The position numbers were made by a program, and so were the translations under genes. The notes under the pieces are model-generated. The model saw only the letters and a list, made by a program, of their open reading frames with translations. It made no database searches and was not told where the DNA came from. Shown here in pieces: positions 29,130 through 38,858 of a stretch of DNA of 64,000 nucleotides. Positions within the stretch are counted from its first letter, which is position 1. Every line of letters starts with the position of its first letter. The stretch is from Minisyncoccota bacterium. GTDB lineage: Bacteria > Patescibacteriota > Minisyncoccia > Phycocordibacterales > SW-6-46-9. Location of the stretch: contig JBBDRP010000002.1 in the NCBI GenBank assembly GCA_040905385.1, positions 85,337 through 149,336 on the forward strand, given 5' to 3'.

Positions 29130-29732
29130 ATGGATATTCTCGAAACACTATTTTCCAGTGCCGCCCGGGTACGAATTCTCCGGACGTTTTTATTTCAGCC
29201 GCGCAAGACATTCTCTGCCAGCGACATTGCCGAGCGGACTGACGTAGCCTCAACGACTGCACGGGCTCACGCGCAGGATCTGGCGGCCATTAAGCTACTG
29301 CATGAGGTCGAGGCAAAAGATTACACCAACGGTCAATCAGTGACAGCCTGGAAGCTGAATCGTAACTCAAGTCTGCGACGCCCGCTGCATGAAATCGTGC
29401 TCAAGCATCAGGACATCACCCCGGATGATATTAAGAAGCGTCTCGAGCGACTGGGGGACATCTCGCTTCTAGTTCTTAGCGGAATCTTTTCCGGCACCGA
29501 TGATCGACCCATTGATGTACTGATTGCAGGCAGCGGTATCGATACCGCAAAGCTTGCCCGGTCGCTATCACGAATTGAAAAATCTTTTGGAACCGAGCTA
29601 CGTTATACGCACCTTTCTAAAGAAGAGTTTGATTATCGACGTAATGCCTACGACCGACTGATCCGCGATGTACTCGACTACCCGCACCACGTCCTGATTG
29701 ACGAAAAGAATGTTACTACGCAGCTGGATTAG
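29130..29732 (+). CDS. Winged-HTH protein with a C-terminal nucleotidyltransferase-like domain
   Basis: LFSSAARVRIL N-terminal wHTH; LSGIF...IDVLIAG resembles a degenerate Pol-beta/MNT motif. Confidence 0.7.
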   Translation: MDILETLFSSAARVRILRTFLFQPRKTFSASDIAERTDVASTTARAHAQDLAAIKLLHEVEAKDYTNGQSVTAWKLNRNSSLRRPLHEIVLKHQDITPDDIKKRLERLGDISLLVLSGIFSGTDDRPIDVLIAGSGIDTAKLARSLSRIEKSFGTELRYTHLSKEEFDYRRNAYDRLIRDVLDYPHHVLIDEKNVTTQLD

Positions 29733-29854
29733 CTTGCGAGTTACTAGCCTCTAGCAATTAGCTCTTAGCCACGTCGAACGTGGTAAAACATTTAGCGCAT
29801 TTTTTAAGATAAACAGCACGTGTTACGTAGCATGCTACGTAACAAGTAAAGGTA

Positions 29855-30002
29855 ATTGACTACCAAACAAAGCGAGCAATACACAAGCTTGCTTGTATAT
29901 TCGAGCGACGTGCAGGAAGGTTGATTCTTGAATCAACTCTCCAAGCGTAGTGAGTGACATGGACACTTGTATCTATGTCCGAACGGAGCGCCGGGAGACA
30001 AA
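29855..30002 (+). repeat. F2 repeat, copy b (modules in permuted order)
   Basis: Same start ATTGACTACCAA and the same three hairpin modules as 8035-8176, in a different order. Confidence 0.8.
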
Positions 30003-30159
30003 AAAATAACCTGCTTTCAAGCATGCTTGAAAGTAGGAAAGCTGAGAGCTTTCCAGAGAACCCCTCGTTATCTTTTTGACAAAGACCTTATAAGATGCTT
30101 TAATAAGTTCAGATTTACATTAATTAATACGAACAAACCCGCCCCGGAGGGCGAAGATA

Positions 30160-30543
30160 ATGGAAGAAACCAAAAAAGATCTGAAGATTACCGCTGAAGA
30201 TTTGAGTGAATTGAAAGACGAACAGCACAGATTCTATGCCAGAACTGTCACCAAGCCAGGTAGTGCACTTGATAAGTTTGATGACGCACTTAACCAATTG
30301 ACAGAAAATGAAAAATGGATTCTTTTTTTGCACCATGCTGAGAACCAACCTTTCAAGGTAATTGCAACAGAAATGTCACTTCCGTACCATGATCCACAGC
30401 AGGTTAAAAATATACATGACGAAAGCATGCAGAAACTTATTGAGGAACTTGACTTGTCATCAGAGGATGAAATAAGTCACCTTTTTGTCTTTAAAGATCT
30501 TCAGCAAAAGGCTCTCAAGGTGATAAATACACTTTCTTCGTGA
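30160..30543 (+). CDS. Hypothetical protein with a sigma70 region-4-like HTH (ORFan)
   Basis: ALNQLTENEKWILFLHHAENQPFKVIATEMSL. TTGACA at 30076, GGAGG SD. Confidence 0.55.
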   Translation: MEETKKDLKITAEDLSELKDEQHRFYARTVTKPGSALDKFDDALNQLTENEKWILFLHHAENQPFKVIATEMSLPYHDPQQVKNIHDESMQKLIEELDLSSEDEISHLFVFKDLQQKALKVINTLSS

Positions 30544-30737
30544 ATAAGAAATATAGATACCGAATTTGCAATAAGCAGTTCGGTATTTTCTTTTAAGCCT
30601 GCAATTTTAATTGCTGGCGTTACCCGCTTACTTGAAGCTTCAAGTAAGCGGGTAAACCTTAAAGTGAGTATCTTTATTTCATAAGCCTCGCGCATTATTA
30701 AAACCACAGCCGTAGGCTGTGGTTGCTATTTAAGTGA

Positions 30738-30861
30738 GCCTTCTTATGTTGTAAGCCTTGCGCAGGGCAATTTGCATGGTTTCTGCGTTGCAGAAAAATT
30801 GCCCGAGCAGATAAAATTCTCCGCTGGAGAATTATTTGTAGTGCAGCAACATAAAGAAGGC
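30738..30861 (-). repeat. F1 repeat, copy d (inverted)
   Basis: The reverse complement core is nearly identical to copy a; the outer stem GCCTTCTT(T)ATGTTG differs. Confidence 0.85.
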
Positions 30862-30871
30862 GAACGACCCC

Positions 30872-30900
30872 TTGACTCTGAAGGTGATTTTCTTTACTAT
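30872..30900 (+). promoter_or_regulatory. sigma70 promoter for tuf-S10
   Basis: TTGACT-N17-TACTAT. Confidence 0.7.
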
Positions 30901-31081
30901 GGCACTCAGCCTCACGGCCGCGTGGGCTTGTTTTGCGCGCGTAGTGAGGCATGTTGATTTCAGTACAGCTTCTCGGTGCATGGTCGCGAGCCAAGATTTG
31001 TTCTCGCGCGTTCGCGTCCGTGAATACCGGGACGGCTTAGAGAGATTACAAACATTACTAGAATTTAGTTTTTATTTTATT

Positions 31082-32275
31082 ATGGCAGACTTTAATCGAG
31101 ACAAACCCCACGTCAACATCGGTACAATTGGCCACGTTGACCACGGTAAGACAACACTTACTGCCGCAATCCTGCACACCCTGTACAACACTGACGGGTA
31201 CGATGCACAGGAGAAGGCGATCGACCAGATCGACAACGCTCCTGAGGAAAAGGATCGTGGTATTACAATTGCGTTGGCACATACTGAGTACATGACACCA
31301 AACCGTCACTACGCTCACGTTGACGCCCCAGGACACGCCGATTACATTAAGAACATGATCACCGGTGCCGCCCAGATGGACGGAGCTATCCTTGTGGTAG
31401 CTGCGACTGATGGTGCGATGCCACAGACTCGTGAGCACATCCTCCTGGCTCGCCAGGTTGGTGTTCCACGCCTCGTTGTATTCCTTAACAAAACCGACAT
31501 GGTTGATGACCCAGAGTTGATTGATCTGGTTGAGGAGGAGATTCGTGAACTACTAACACAGTACGAGTACGATGGAGACAACACTCCAGTACTTCGCGGC
31601 TCAGCCCTGAAGGCACTTGAGTCTGAGGATGCTGAAAGTGAAGAGGCCAAGGCTGTCATCGAGCTTATCGACGCTGTCGATGAGTGGATCGAGGAGCCGG
31701 CTCGTGAGACTGACGTACCATTCCTGATGCCGATCGAGGATATCTTCTCAATCGAAGGTCGTGGAACGGTTGCGACAGGACGTATCGAGCGTGGAGTGAT
31801 GAACGTTGGTGACGAGGCCGAGATTGTTGGTATCAAGGACACACAGAAAACCACAATCACCGGAATCGAGATGTTCAATAAGCAGTTGCAGGAAGGTCAG
31901 GCTGGTGATAACGCCGGAATTCTGCTACGTGGTCTGAAGAAAGACGACATCACCCGTGGACAGGTTATTGCAGCTCCAGGCTCAGTAACACCACACACAA
32001 GTTTTGAAGCTGAGGTGTACGTCCTCTCCAAAGAGGAAGGTGGACGACACACTCCATTCTTCTCTGGCTACAAGCCGCAGTTCTACATCCGCACAACGGA
32101 CGTAACTGGTGAAGTAACGCTAGAAGAAGGAACAGAGATGGTAATGCCGGGTGATACCGCTACCTTCAAGATTCAGCTGATTAACCCAGTTGCGCTTGAG
32201 GACGGAACTCGATTTGCTATCCGAGAGGGTGGTAAGACGGTTGGTGCTGGTGTTGTAACCAAGATCACAGAATAG
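31082..32275 (+). CDS. tuf: Elongation factor Tu
   Basis: [33 protein letters not shown]. True start at MADFNRDK. Confidence 0.99.
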   Translation: MADFNRDKPHVNIGTIGHVDHGKTTLTAAILHTLYNTDGYDAQEKAIDQIDNAPEEKDRGITIALAHTEYMTPNRHYAHVDAPGHADYIKNMITGAAQMDGAILVVAATDGAMPQTREHILLARQVGVPRLVVFLNKTDMVDDPELIDLVEEEIRELLTQYEYDGDNTPVLRGSALKALESEDAESEEAKAVIELIDAVDEWIEEPARETDVPFLMPIEDIFSIEGRGTVATGRIERGVMNVGDEAEIVGIKDTQKTTITGIEMFNKQLQEGQAGDNAGILLRGLKKDDITRGQVIAAPGSVTPHTSFEAEVYVLSKEEGGRHTPFFSGYKPQFYIRTTDVTGEVTLEEGTEMVMPGDTATFKIQLINPVALEDGTRFAIREGGKTVGAGVVTKITE

Positions 32276-32276
32276 T

Positions 32277-32609
32277 ATGGCGCAAGCTACCGACACTGAC
32301 ACAGGCCAGAAGCTCCGCATTCGTGTGCGAGCCTACGACCACAAAATCCTTGACTCATCAATTCAGCAAATCCTTGATACCGCTATTCGGTATGAGGCTG
32401 AGGTAGCCGGTCCTGTACCGCTACCAACCGAGACCAAGAAGTATACGGTGAATCGATCGACCTTTGTACACAACGATGCGCGAGAACAGTATGAAATGCG
32501 TGTACACAAGCGTCTTATTGATATTCAGGATCCAGCTGCTGACGTAATGGATGCACTGACGAACCTGAATCTTCCGGCTGGTGTCTCGATTGATGTGCAA
32601 ATGGTTTAA
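32277..32609 (+). CDS. rpsJ: 30S ribosomal protein S10
   Basis: RIRVRAYDH, GPVPLPT, REQYEMRVHKRLIDI. Confidence 0.98.
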   Translation: MAQATDTDTGQKLRIRVRAYDHKILDSSIQQILDTAIRYEAEVAGPVPLPTETKKYTVNRSTFVHNDAREQYEMRVHKRLIDIQDPAADVMDALTNLNLPAGVSIDVQMV

Positions 32610-32722
32610 CGTTCGCACCCTTCTCTTTACACAGACATAAATAAAATCCTTGTAGATTTTTTATCCGCTCGGTCCGACTTGAGTCGGACCTGTGCGAGGT
32701 CTGAGTAAAAGAGGGTGCTCAC
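32610..32722 (+). repeat. F1 repeat, copy e (divergent)
   Basis: ATAAATA-hairpin-TTTATCCGCTCG-hairpin-TGTGCGAGGTCT with outer stem GCACCC/GGGTGC. Followed by further palindromes at 32732-32755 and 32759-32782. Confidence 0.7.
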
Positions 32723-32900
32723 TTTAAGGTCGTACATCTCTCCCGAGAGATGTACGTGCCTGTCTGCCTGCTGGCAGACAGGGTAGTAGTAGAGGGTAAG
32801 TTGCATTTACCTCTTGAGATTGGTACAGTTTGAGCGCGAAAGTGTTGCTAAATGGTTAGGAGATCTCATTACATCTTCTGACAAATTGAAGATATAAATC

Positions 32901-33554
32901 ATGAAATACACACTTGGAAAAAAGAAAAGAATGACCCAGATCTTTGACGAGATGGGCAAGGCACATCCGGCCACCCCGGTAGCGGTTGAGCCCCTGAAGG
33001 TTGTTCGTATCAAAACGAATGATACAGACGGATACGCTGCTTACCAGCTTGGTTACGGGAGTCGTTCTGAAAAGAACACACCAAAGCCACAGCAGATTGA
33101 AGCAGCCAAGCGCGAGGACGGAACGTACTTTCGTTTCTTACGTGAGTTCCGACTCCAGGGTGATGACGACATCACGCTTGAGGTCGGTGATACGCTGGAC
33201 GTTGATGCTTTTGCTGTCGGCGACAAGGTTAATGTGTCCGGTGTTACGAAAGGAAAGGGATTCCAGGGTGTGGTAAAGCGTCATGGATTTGGTGGCGGTC
33301 GCCGCTCTCACGGTGGACAGAAGTCAGCAGAGCGCGGACCAGGATCCATCGGTGCGACCGGCCCAAGCCACGTATTTAAAGGTACCCGCATGGGAGGGCG
33401 CATGGGAGGAGAGAAGTCGACTGTTCAGAATCTTGAGATTGTGCACGTTGATCCGTCAGAAAATCTCATCTACATTCGCGGTGGGCTTCCGGGCCCAACA
33501 GGTGCTACAATCGAGATAAATGGAGAGATGCACACCAGTAAAACAGCCGCTTAA
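32901..33554 (+). CDS. rplC: 50S ribosomal protein L3
   Basis: GKKKRMTQIF, KGKGFQGVVKRHGF, MGGRMGG. Confidence 0.98.
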   Translation: MKYTLGKKKRMTQIFDEMGKAHPATPVAVEPLKVVRIKTNDTDGYAAYQLGYGSRSEKNTPKPQQIEAAKREDGTYFRFLREFRLQGDDDITLEVGDTLDVDAFAVGDKVNVSGVTKGKGFQGVVKRHGFGGGRRSHGGQKSAERGPGSIGATGPSHVFKGTRMGGRMGGEKSTVQNLEIVHVDPSENLIYIRGGLPGPTGATIEINGEMHTSKTAA

Positions 33555-33556
33555 TC

Positions 33557-34231
33557 ATGAAATCATCTGTATACAACACAGCCGGTGAATCAGCCGACTC
33601 AATCGAACTTCCCGACGTGCTTTTCGGGCAGAAGCCGCGAGTTGATCTGCTGCATCGAGTGGTAACAGTGACGCGAAATAATCTTCGCCAGCCGATTGCC
33701 AGCACTAAAGACCGTCGTGATCGTGCTGGTGGTGGTCGTAAGCCGTGGCGTCAGAAGGGTACGGGTCGGGCTCGCCATGGTTCGGTTCGCAGCCCTATCT
33801 GGCGTGGTGGTGGTGTTACCTTTGGTCCAGATAAAGAGCGAAGCCATAAAGGTAAGGTGAGCAAAACAGAACGACGTCAGGCAGTGGTATCGGCTTTGTC
33901 CGGAAAGCATCGCGACGGTGAAGTACTGTTTGTTGATGAACTCTCTTTCAAGGAGCCGTCTGCTGCTGCCGCTCGCGAGATGATCACCAATCTTTCCGGT
34001 GTAAAGGGATTTGCCCCACTTGAAGACCGTCGCAAGAACGCAGCGCTCATTATCCTGCCCGAGTATGATGAAAATGTAGCGTTGTCCTTCCGTAACTTTG
34101 GAAACATTGCTGTACGAGAGGCAAAGGACATCAGCACACTTGATTTATTGACGTATAAATATACAATCATTGCTGACCCAGAGAAGGTTCTGGACACCCT
34201 CGTCTCTCGCGTTACGGCTAAAACTGCTTAA
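33557..34231 (+). CDS. rplD: 50S ribosomal protein L4
   Basis: KPWRQKGTGRARHGS.RSPIWRGGG. Confidence 0.98.
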   Translation: MKSSVYNTAGESADSIELPDVLFGQKPRVDLLHRVVTVTRNNLRQPIASTKDRRDRAGGGRKPWRQKGTGRARHGSVRSPIWRGGGVTFGPDKERSHKGKVSKTERRQAVVSALSGKHRDGEVLFVDELSFKEPSAAAAREMITNLSGVKGFAPLEDRRKNAALIILPEYDENVALSFRNFGNIAVREAKDISTLDLLTYKYTIIADPEKVLDTLVSRVTAKTA

Positions 34232-34233
34232 TT

Positions 34234-34632
34234 ATGGCTTTATTTGGAAAAGACAAAAAAGAAAAGGATACCGAAAAGAAGACGAAAGAGTCTTCAGCCG
34301 ATGACACGTCAACGAACGTCTCAGTAGCCACTGCCAAGCGAGTCGACAACAGCAATCACGATGTTTTGGTTAAGCCGCTCATTACTGAGAAGGCGACGTA
34401 TATGACTGATGACGGTATCTATGCATTTGTTGTACGGTCTTCGGCCAACAAGCCCCAGATTAAGCAGGCGGTAAAGGATGTGTATGGCGTTGATGTGGTG
34501 AAGGTTCGTACCGTCACGCTACCAGCCAAGCAGGTACCGGCCCGATCACGTCGAGCGAAGCCAGGTACCAAAGGCGGTCTCAAGAAAGCTTACGTTCATC
34601 TGAAAGACGGCGACTCAATCGAACTAATGTAA
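34234..34632 (+). CDS. rplW: 50S ribosomal protein L23 with N-terminal extension
   Basis: PLITEKA, ANKPQIKQAV, KKAYV.L. Confidence 0.95.
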   Translation: MALFGKDKKEKDTEKKTKESSADDTSTNVSVATAKRVDNSNHDVLVKPLITEKATYMTDDGIYAFVVRSSANKPQIKQAVKDVYGVDVVKVRTVTLPAKQVPARSRRAKPGTKGGLKKAYVHLKDGDSIELM

Positions 34633-34637
34633 ATAAT

Positions 34638-35486
34638 ATGAAAGACCCACGACCAACAACACCATCACAGCGACACACACGACTTTCTGATCACAAGAAG
34701 TCGGTAACTCGCTCCAAGCCATACAAGCGCCTGACCAGCGCGCGTCGAGGTACTGGTGGTCGTGGAAACACCGGGAAGATCACGACTCGTCACAAGGGTG
34801 GCGGGCACAAGCGCCGCATGCGTGGCATTGATTTCTCTCTTCGTGATAAGCAGGGAATTCCGTCAGTTGTTGAGTCCGTTGAGTATGATCCAAACCGATC
34901 CGGCTACATTGTCTTGCTTCTGTTTGCTGACGGTGAGCGGCGCTACATGCTGGCTCCGCAAGAGCTTTCAGTTGGTGAGCCGGTGGCGATTGCCGAGGAT
35001 GCAGAGGTAAAGCCAGGTAACCGATTGGCGCTTAAGAATATTCCTGTTGGTACAAGTGTTTTTAATATTGAACTAAAGCCAGAAGGAGGCGGAAAGATTG
35101 CCCGTTCTGCGGGCAACAGTGCCGAAGTATCAGCCAAAGGCAAGAAGCATGTAACGCTGAAGATGCCGTCTAGCGAGGTACGCAAAGTATCGCGTGAATG
35201 TTTTGCATCTGTAGGTACTGTTTCCAACCCAGAACACCGACAGCGGGTGATTGGTAAAGCTGGTCGTAACCGCTGGCTTGGCAAGCGCCCAACGGTACGT
35301 GGACAGGCGATGAACCCAGTTGATCATCCGTACGGTGGTGGTGAGGCGCATCACACTCGTGGAACCAAGCGAGCAAAAACCTACACTGGTCGTCCGGCTG
35401 GTAAAGGGCAGAAGACACGTAATCGCAAGAAGTACTCGAATAAGCTAATCGTATCGCGGCGTAAGAGTAAGAAGAAAAAGAAGTAG
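34638..35486 (+). CDS. rplB: 50S ribosomal protein L2
   Basis: EYDPNRS, GKAGRNRW, RG.AMNPVDHP.GGGE. Confidence 0.98.
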   Translation: MKDPRPTTPSQRHTRLSDHKKSVTRSKPYKRLTSARRGTGGRGNTGKITTRHKGGGHKRRMRGIDFSLRDKQGIPSVVESVEYDPNRSGYIVLLLFADGERRYMLAPQELSVGEPVAIAEDAEVKPGNRLALKNIPVGTSVFNIELKPEGGGKIARSAGNSAEVSAKGKKHVTLKMPSSEVRKVSRECFASVGTVSNPEHRQRVIGKAGRNRWLGKRPTVRGQAMNPVDHPYGGGEAHHTRGTKRAKTYTGRPAGKGQKTRNRKKYSNKLIVSRRKSKKKKK

Positions 35487-35616
35487 CTCATACCCTGTTT
35501 TGTTGCGTTACAAATAAACCACGCCAGCGCGTGGTTTTTATCTGCTCGGATGATTTTCTGCTAGCGCAGAACCATGCAAATCACCCTCCGCAAGACTTAC
35601 AAAACAGAGTATTCGC
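35487..35616 (+). repeat. F1 repeat, copy f
   Basis: TACAAATA-hairpin-TTTATCTGCTCG-hairpin-TCCGCAAGACTT with outer stem CTGTTTTGT/ACAAAACAG. Confidence 0.8.
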
Positions 35617-35788
35617 ACCAATAGCGACCAGCTCTTTCTAGAAAGAGCTGGTCTTAAAATAAAGATACCTTCGAAATAAGATAGATTCGCTCGAATATTG
35701 TAAATCGCCGAGCTGGCGATTTTTTAGTACGTATAAAAAAAGAAACTCGTATGCCGCTAAGCATACGAGTTTTGTTGTTAGTTATTAT

Positions 35789-36256
35789 TTATCTGTGTCT
35801 TTCTGATTTGAAGATACGCAGACCCTGACCGTTTTCATCTGTTTTTTCCCAACTAAGATCATCTGGGCCAAAGTTACGAAAGTGTGCTTGCAGTAGTGAG
35901 TTAATGCAGTTACATTGGTATGTCGCCAGACACCAATTGAGGTCAATTAATTTACCTCCGACTACTTTCCAGTCCTCGGACAATACTGGTTCTTTCCAGT
36001 CTTCAATCAGAAGACTGGGATTATTGGGTCTTTGGATCAATATTGCAATTCCAATATTACCATTACTTTGTTCACATTTTATAAGTGACAATACCTCGTT
36101 GCCGCCAAATCTTCCTCTCGGCAATTGGCTTGTTACTTTCAACTTTTCAAAGTCACCAGTTACATAATGAACCTTAAGACCGTGATTAAGGTCCTCTGGT
36201 TGGAATTCAGCAGATCCGCTTCCATTAACAACTGCACTTGCTTTTTTGTCTAGCAT
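35789..36256 (-). CDS. Hypothetical protein (AT-rich ORFan) inserted antisense within the S10 operon
   Basis: AAGGAG SD, bidirectional terminator at about 35735-35773. Confidence 0.6.
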   Translation of the reverse strand: MLDKKASAVVNGSGSAEFQPEDLNHGLKVHYVTGDFEKLKVTSQLPRGRFGGNEVLSLIKCEQSNGNIGIAILIQRPNNPSLLIEDWKEPVLSEDWKVVGGKLIDLNWCLATYQCNCINSLLQAHFRNFGPDDLSWEKTDENGQGLRIFKSERHR

Positions 36257-36446
36257 TACTTACTCCTTTTGTTTGGTTTTGGTTTTATAAAAAACACATC
36301 CTCTACACATCTCTTGTGTGAAGATGCTTCCCGATTAAAATAATAGCGTATTAAACATCTTTTGGCAACTATATGTGTTGATCCCGTTAGAGAGTAAATA
36401 TACATCCTGTAGTGACAAAAGGCGGTTCCTGTACTCTCTAACGGGA

Positions 36447-36474
36447 TTGACATTCTGCCCGATTTTGCTACCAT
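36447..36474 (+). promoter_or_regulatory. Internal promoter restarting the operon at rpsS
   Basis: TTGACA-N16-(TGc)TACCAT. Confidence 0.7.
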
Positions 36475-36552
36475 GCGGGAGCAGTAAGCCTCATTTTTTC
36501 GGGGTTAAGCCTGCCTGACGGCAGGCTTTTACACTGCCAACCTAACTTACCT

Positions 36553-36894
36553 ATGACACGATCACTGAAAAAAGGACCATATGTTGATATTAATCTTCAG
36601 GAGAAGATTGCTAACACAACTCCGCAGGAAGCTGGAGTGATTAAGACATGGGCACGTAACTCGCAGATCTCACCGGACATGGCGGGATTCACGTTTGGTG
36701 TTCACAATGGTCGTGAGCATATTAAAGTAACTGTCTCTGAGGACATGGTTGGTCACCGTCTTGGGGAGTTTTCTCCAACACGCACGTTTCATCGGCATGG
36801 TGGTCGAATGCAGAAGAAACTCGAGGAGCAGAAGCAGGATGCTGAGCGTTCTCAGGCGCAGGCGGCTAAGGAGCAGGCCAAGAAGGCTTCATAA
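36553..36894 (+). CDS. rpsS: 30S ribosomal protein S19
   Basis: [26 protein letters not shown]. Confidence 0.98.
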   Translation: MTRSLKKGPYVDINLQEKIANTTPQEAGVIKTWARNSQISPDMAGFTFGVHNGREHIKVTVSEDMVGHRLGEFSPTRTFHRHGGRMQKKLEEQKQDAERSQAQAAKEQAKKAS

Positions 36895-36901
36895 TTTAAT
36901 C

Positions 36902-37237
36902 ATGAAAGCTAAACTGACACAGTATCGCCAGTCTCCACGTAAAGTTCGCCTTGTTGCGGATGAGATTCGTGGAAAGACCATAGACGAGGCGCTGCGCAAG
37001 CTTCGCTTTCTGACTAAGCGTGCAGCTAAGCCGATGGCAAAACTGATTGAGTCAGCAGTAGCGAACGCGGAAGAGAATGACGGTAAGCGTCGTGATGACC
37101 TGATTATCTCTACCGTCACCGTCGATAACGGTCCAACGCTTAAGCGTTTCCGACCCCGAGCCCGTGGACGTGCTACACGAATTAACAAGCGAACCAGTCA
37201 CATCGCTATTACACTTAGCGAGGCTGACAAATCATAA
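36902..37237 (+). CDS. rplV: 50S ribosomal protein L22
   Basis: SPRKVRLVAD.IRG, PRARGRA, KRTSHI. Start at ATG 36902. Confidence 0.98.
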   Translation: MKAKLTQYRQSPRKVRLVADEIRGKTIDEALRKLRFLTKRAAKPMAKLIESAVANAEENDGKRRDDLIISTVTVDNGPTLKRFRPRARGRATRINKRTSHIAITLSEADKS

Positions 37238-37240
37238 GGT

Positions 37241-37293
37241 TTAATATCTAATGTCTAAAATTTTGGGCATTAGAAATTAGAAATTAGAAATTT
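37241..37293. repeat. Heptamer tandem/inverted repeat (ATTAGAA x3)
   Basis: Related AATTTCT-type arrays at 26281-26346 and 27085-27105. Confidence 0.7.
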
Positions 37294-37962
37294 ATGACTC
37301 ATACCGTACATCCATATGCACATCGAATTGGAATCCTCCGCGGCTGGAAGTCGCACTGGTTTTCTGAGAATGATCAGTACCGCAAATACTTCAAGGCGGA
37401 TACGCTCATTCGTAATTACGTTGAGCAGCAGACACGAACCCACCACGTGAGCTCTATTGAGATGGAGCGTAGTGAAGGAAAGCTTAGTGTCATCATCAAG
37501 ACCAGCCGTCCCGGTCTTGTTATCGGACGAAACGGTGAGAATGCGCAGGTGCTAAAGGATGGAATTGATAAGCTGATCCGCAAGCAGGACCTAGAAAAGC
37601 CAGAGCACATTGCGATTGATGTACAGGAGGTCCGCTCACCAGAATCAGACGCGGCGATTGTCGCGCAGATGGTACGCAGTAGTCTTGAACGTCGCTTCCC
37701 GTATCGTCGAACCCTAAAACAAACGGTTGACAAAGTGATGGCTAACCGTGATGTAAAGGGTGTCCGTATCTCGATTGCTGGTCGACTCGGCGGTGCTGAT
37801 ATGTCCCGTCAGGAGGAGGTGAAGAAGGGCCCAATTCCACTACAGACCTTCCGAGCTGATGTTGATTTTGCTCGTGATACTGCTGTACTTTCGTACGGAG
37901 CGATTGGAGTTCAGGTATGGATCTACCGTGGAGAGGTATTTGATAACGAAACCAAAAACTAA
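37294..37962 (+). CDS. rpsC: 30S ribosomal protein S3
   Basis: RPGLVIGRNG, GRLGGA, IPLQTFRADVD. Confidence 0.98.
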   Translation: MTHTVHPYAHRIGILRGWKSHWFSENDQYRKYFKADTLIRNYVEQQTRTHHVSSIEMERSEGKLSVIIKTSRPGLVIGRNGENAQVLKDGIDKLIRKQDLEKPEHIAIDVQEVRSPESDAAIVAQMVRSSLERRFPYRRTLKQTVDKVMANRDVKGVRISIAGRLGGADMSRQEEVKKGPIPLQTFRADVDFARDTAVLSYGAIGVQVWIYRGEVFDNETKN

Positions 37963-37964
37963 TT

Positions 37965-38390
37965 ATGTTGTTTCCGAAGAAAGTAAAACACCGCAAGTGG
38001 CACAAGATGCGCCGGCACCCTGACAAGATCGGGGTAGCGAGCCGTGGAACAAAAATTTCCTTCGGATCGTATGGTATCAAAACACTTTCGTACGGACGCA
38101 TTACCTCAAATCAGATCGAGGCTGCCCGTCGTGCCGGAAAGCGTCACGCTGGAAAGGCTTCAAAGATGTGGGTACGAATCTTTCCAGATCGTCCATATAC
38201 TGCCAAGGCACCAGAGGTACCCATGGGATCCGGAAAAGGAGAGCTAAAGGGCTACGAGGTAGAGGTGCTTCCAGGACGGATGCTTTTTGAAATTGACGGT
38301 GTTACCGAAGATGTAGCTCGAGAGGCTTTTCGCAAGGCTGCTACCAAGCTGCCTGTAAAGACCAAGTTTGTCTCTCGAGATCATTCTTAA
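37965..38390 (+). CDS. rplP: 50S ribosomal protein L16
   Basis: QIEAARRA, RIFPD, MGSGKG, KLPVKT. Confidence 0.98.
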   Translation: MLFPKKVKHRKWHKMRRHPDKIGVASRGTKISFGSYGIKTLSYGRITSNQIEAARRAGKRHAGKASKMWVRIFPDRPYTAKAPEVPMGSGKGELKGYEVEVLPGRMLFEIDGVTEDVAREAFRKAATKLPVKTKFVSRDHS

Positions 38391-38394
38391 TACT

Positions 38395-38580
38395 ATGGCA
38401 GATTTTACGAAAAAAACCGATAAGGAGTTAGAGAAATTACTCGAAGAAAAGCGTGAAGCGCTTCGTGAGCAGCGATTTTCTCTGACAAGCGCCAGTGGTG
38501 AGGATGTTCGTGATATGAGGGAGAGCAAAAAAGATATTGCCCGCATTCTTACCGAGCTGCGCTCACGAGATCTAGCTTAA
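38395..38580 (+). CDS. rpmC: 50S ribosomal protein L29
   Basis: KKDIARILT; gene order. Confidence 0.93.
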   Translation: MADFTKKTDKELEKLLEEKREALREQRFSLTSASGEDVRDMRESKKDIARILTELRSRDLA

Positions 38581-38594
38581 TTTATTTCCATACT

Positions 38595-38852
38595 ATGTCT
38601 GAAAAGAAAACAAAACCAAATCCAAAGAAACTACAAGGAACCGTCGTATCTACGGATATGGAAAAGACGGCTGTGGTGATGATCGAGCGCTTTGAAAAGC
38701 ACCCAAAGTACCTAAAATATATAAAGAGAAAGAGTAAGCAGTTGGTGCATGACCCTGAGGAGCAAGCAAGTGTTGGCGATAAGGTCATCATCGAAGAAAC
38801 TCGACCGGTCTCAAAGAAGAAGCGTTTCAAGCTTAAGGAGATTCGTAATTAA
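38595..38852 (+). CDS. rpsQ: 30S ribosomal protein S17
   Basis: GTVVS.DMEKT, HPKY, ETRPVSKKKRF. Confidence 0.97.
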   Translation: MSEKKTKPNPKKLQGTVVSTDMEKTAVVMIERFEKHPKYLKYIKRKSKQLVHDPEEQASVGDKVIIEETRPVSKKKRFKLKEIRN

Positions 38853-38858
38853 TCAACC

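Noticed and set aside
30872-31081. 70-aa N-terminal extension of EF-Tu
   Set aside because: The TTG is the -35 box, and EF-Tu homology begins at ATG 31082.
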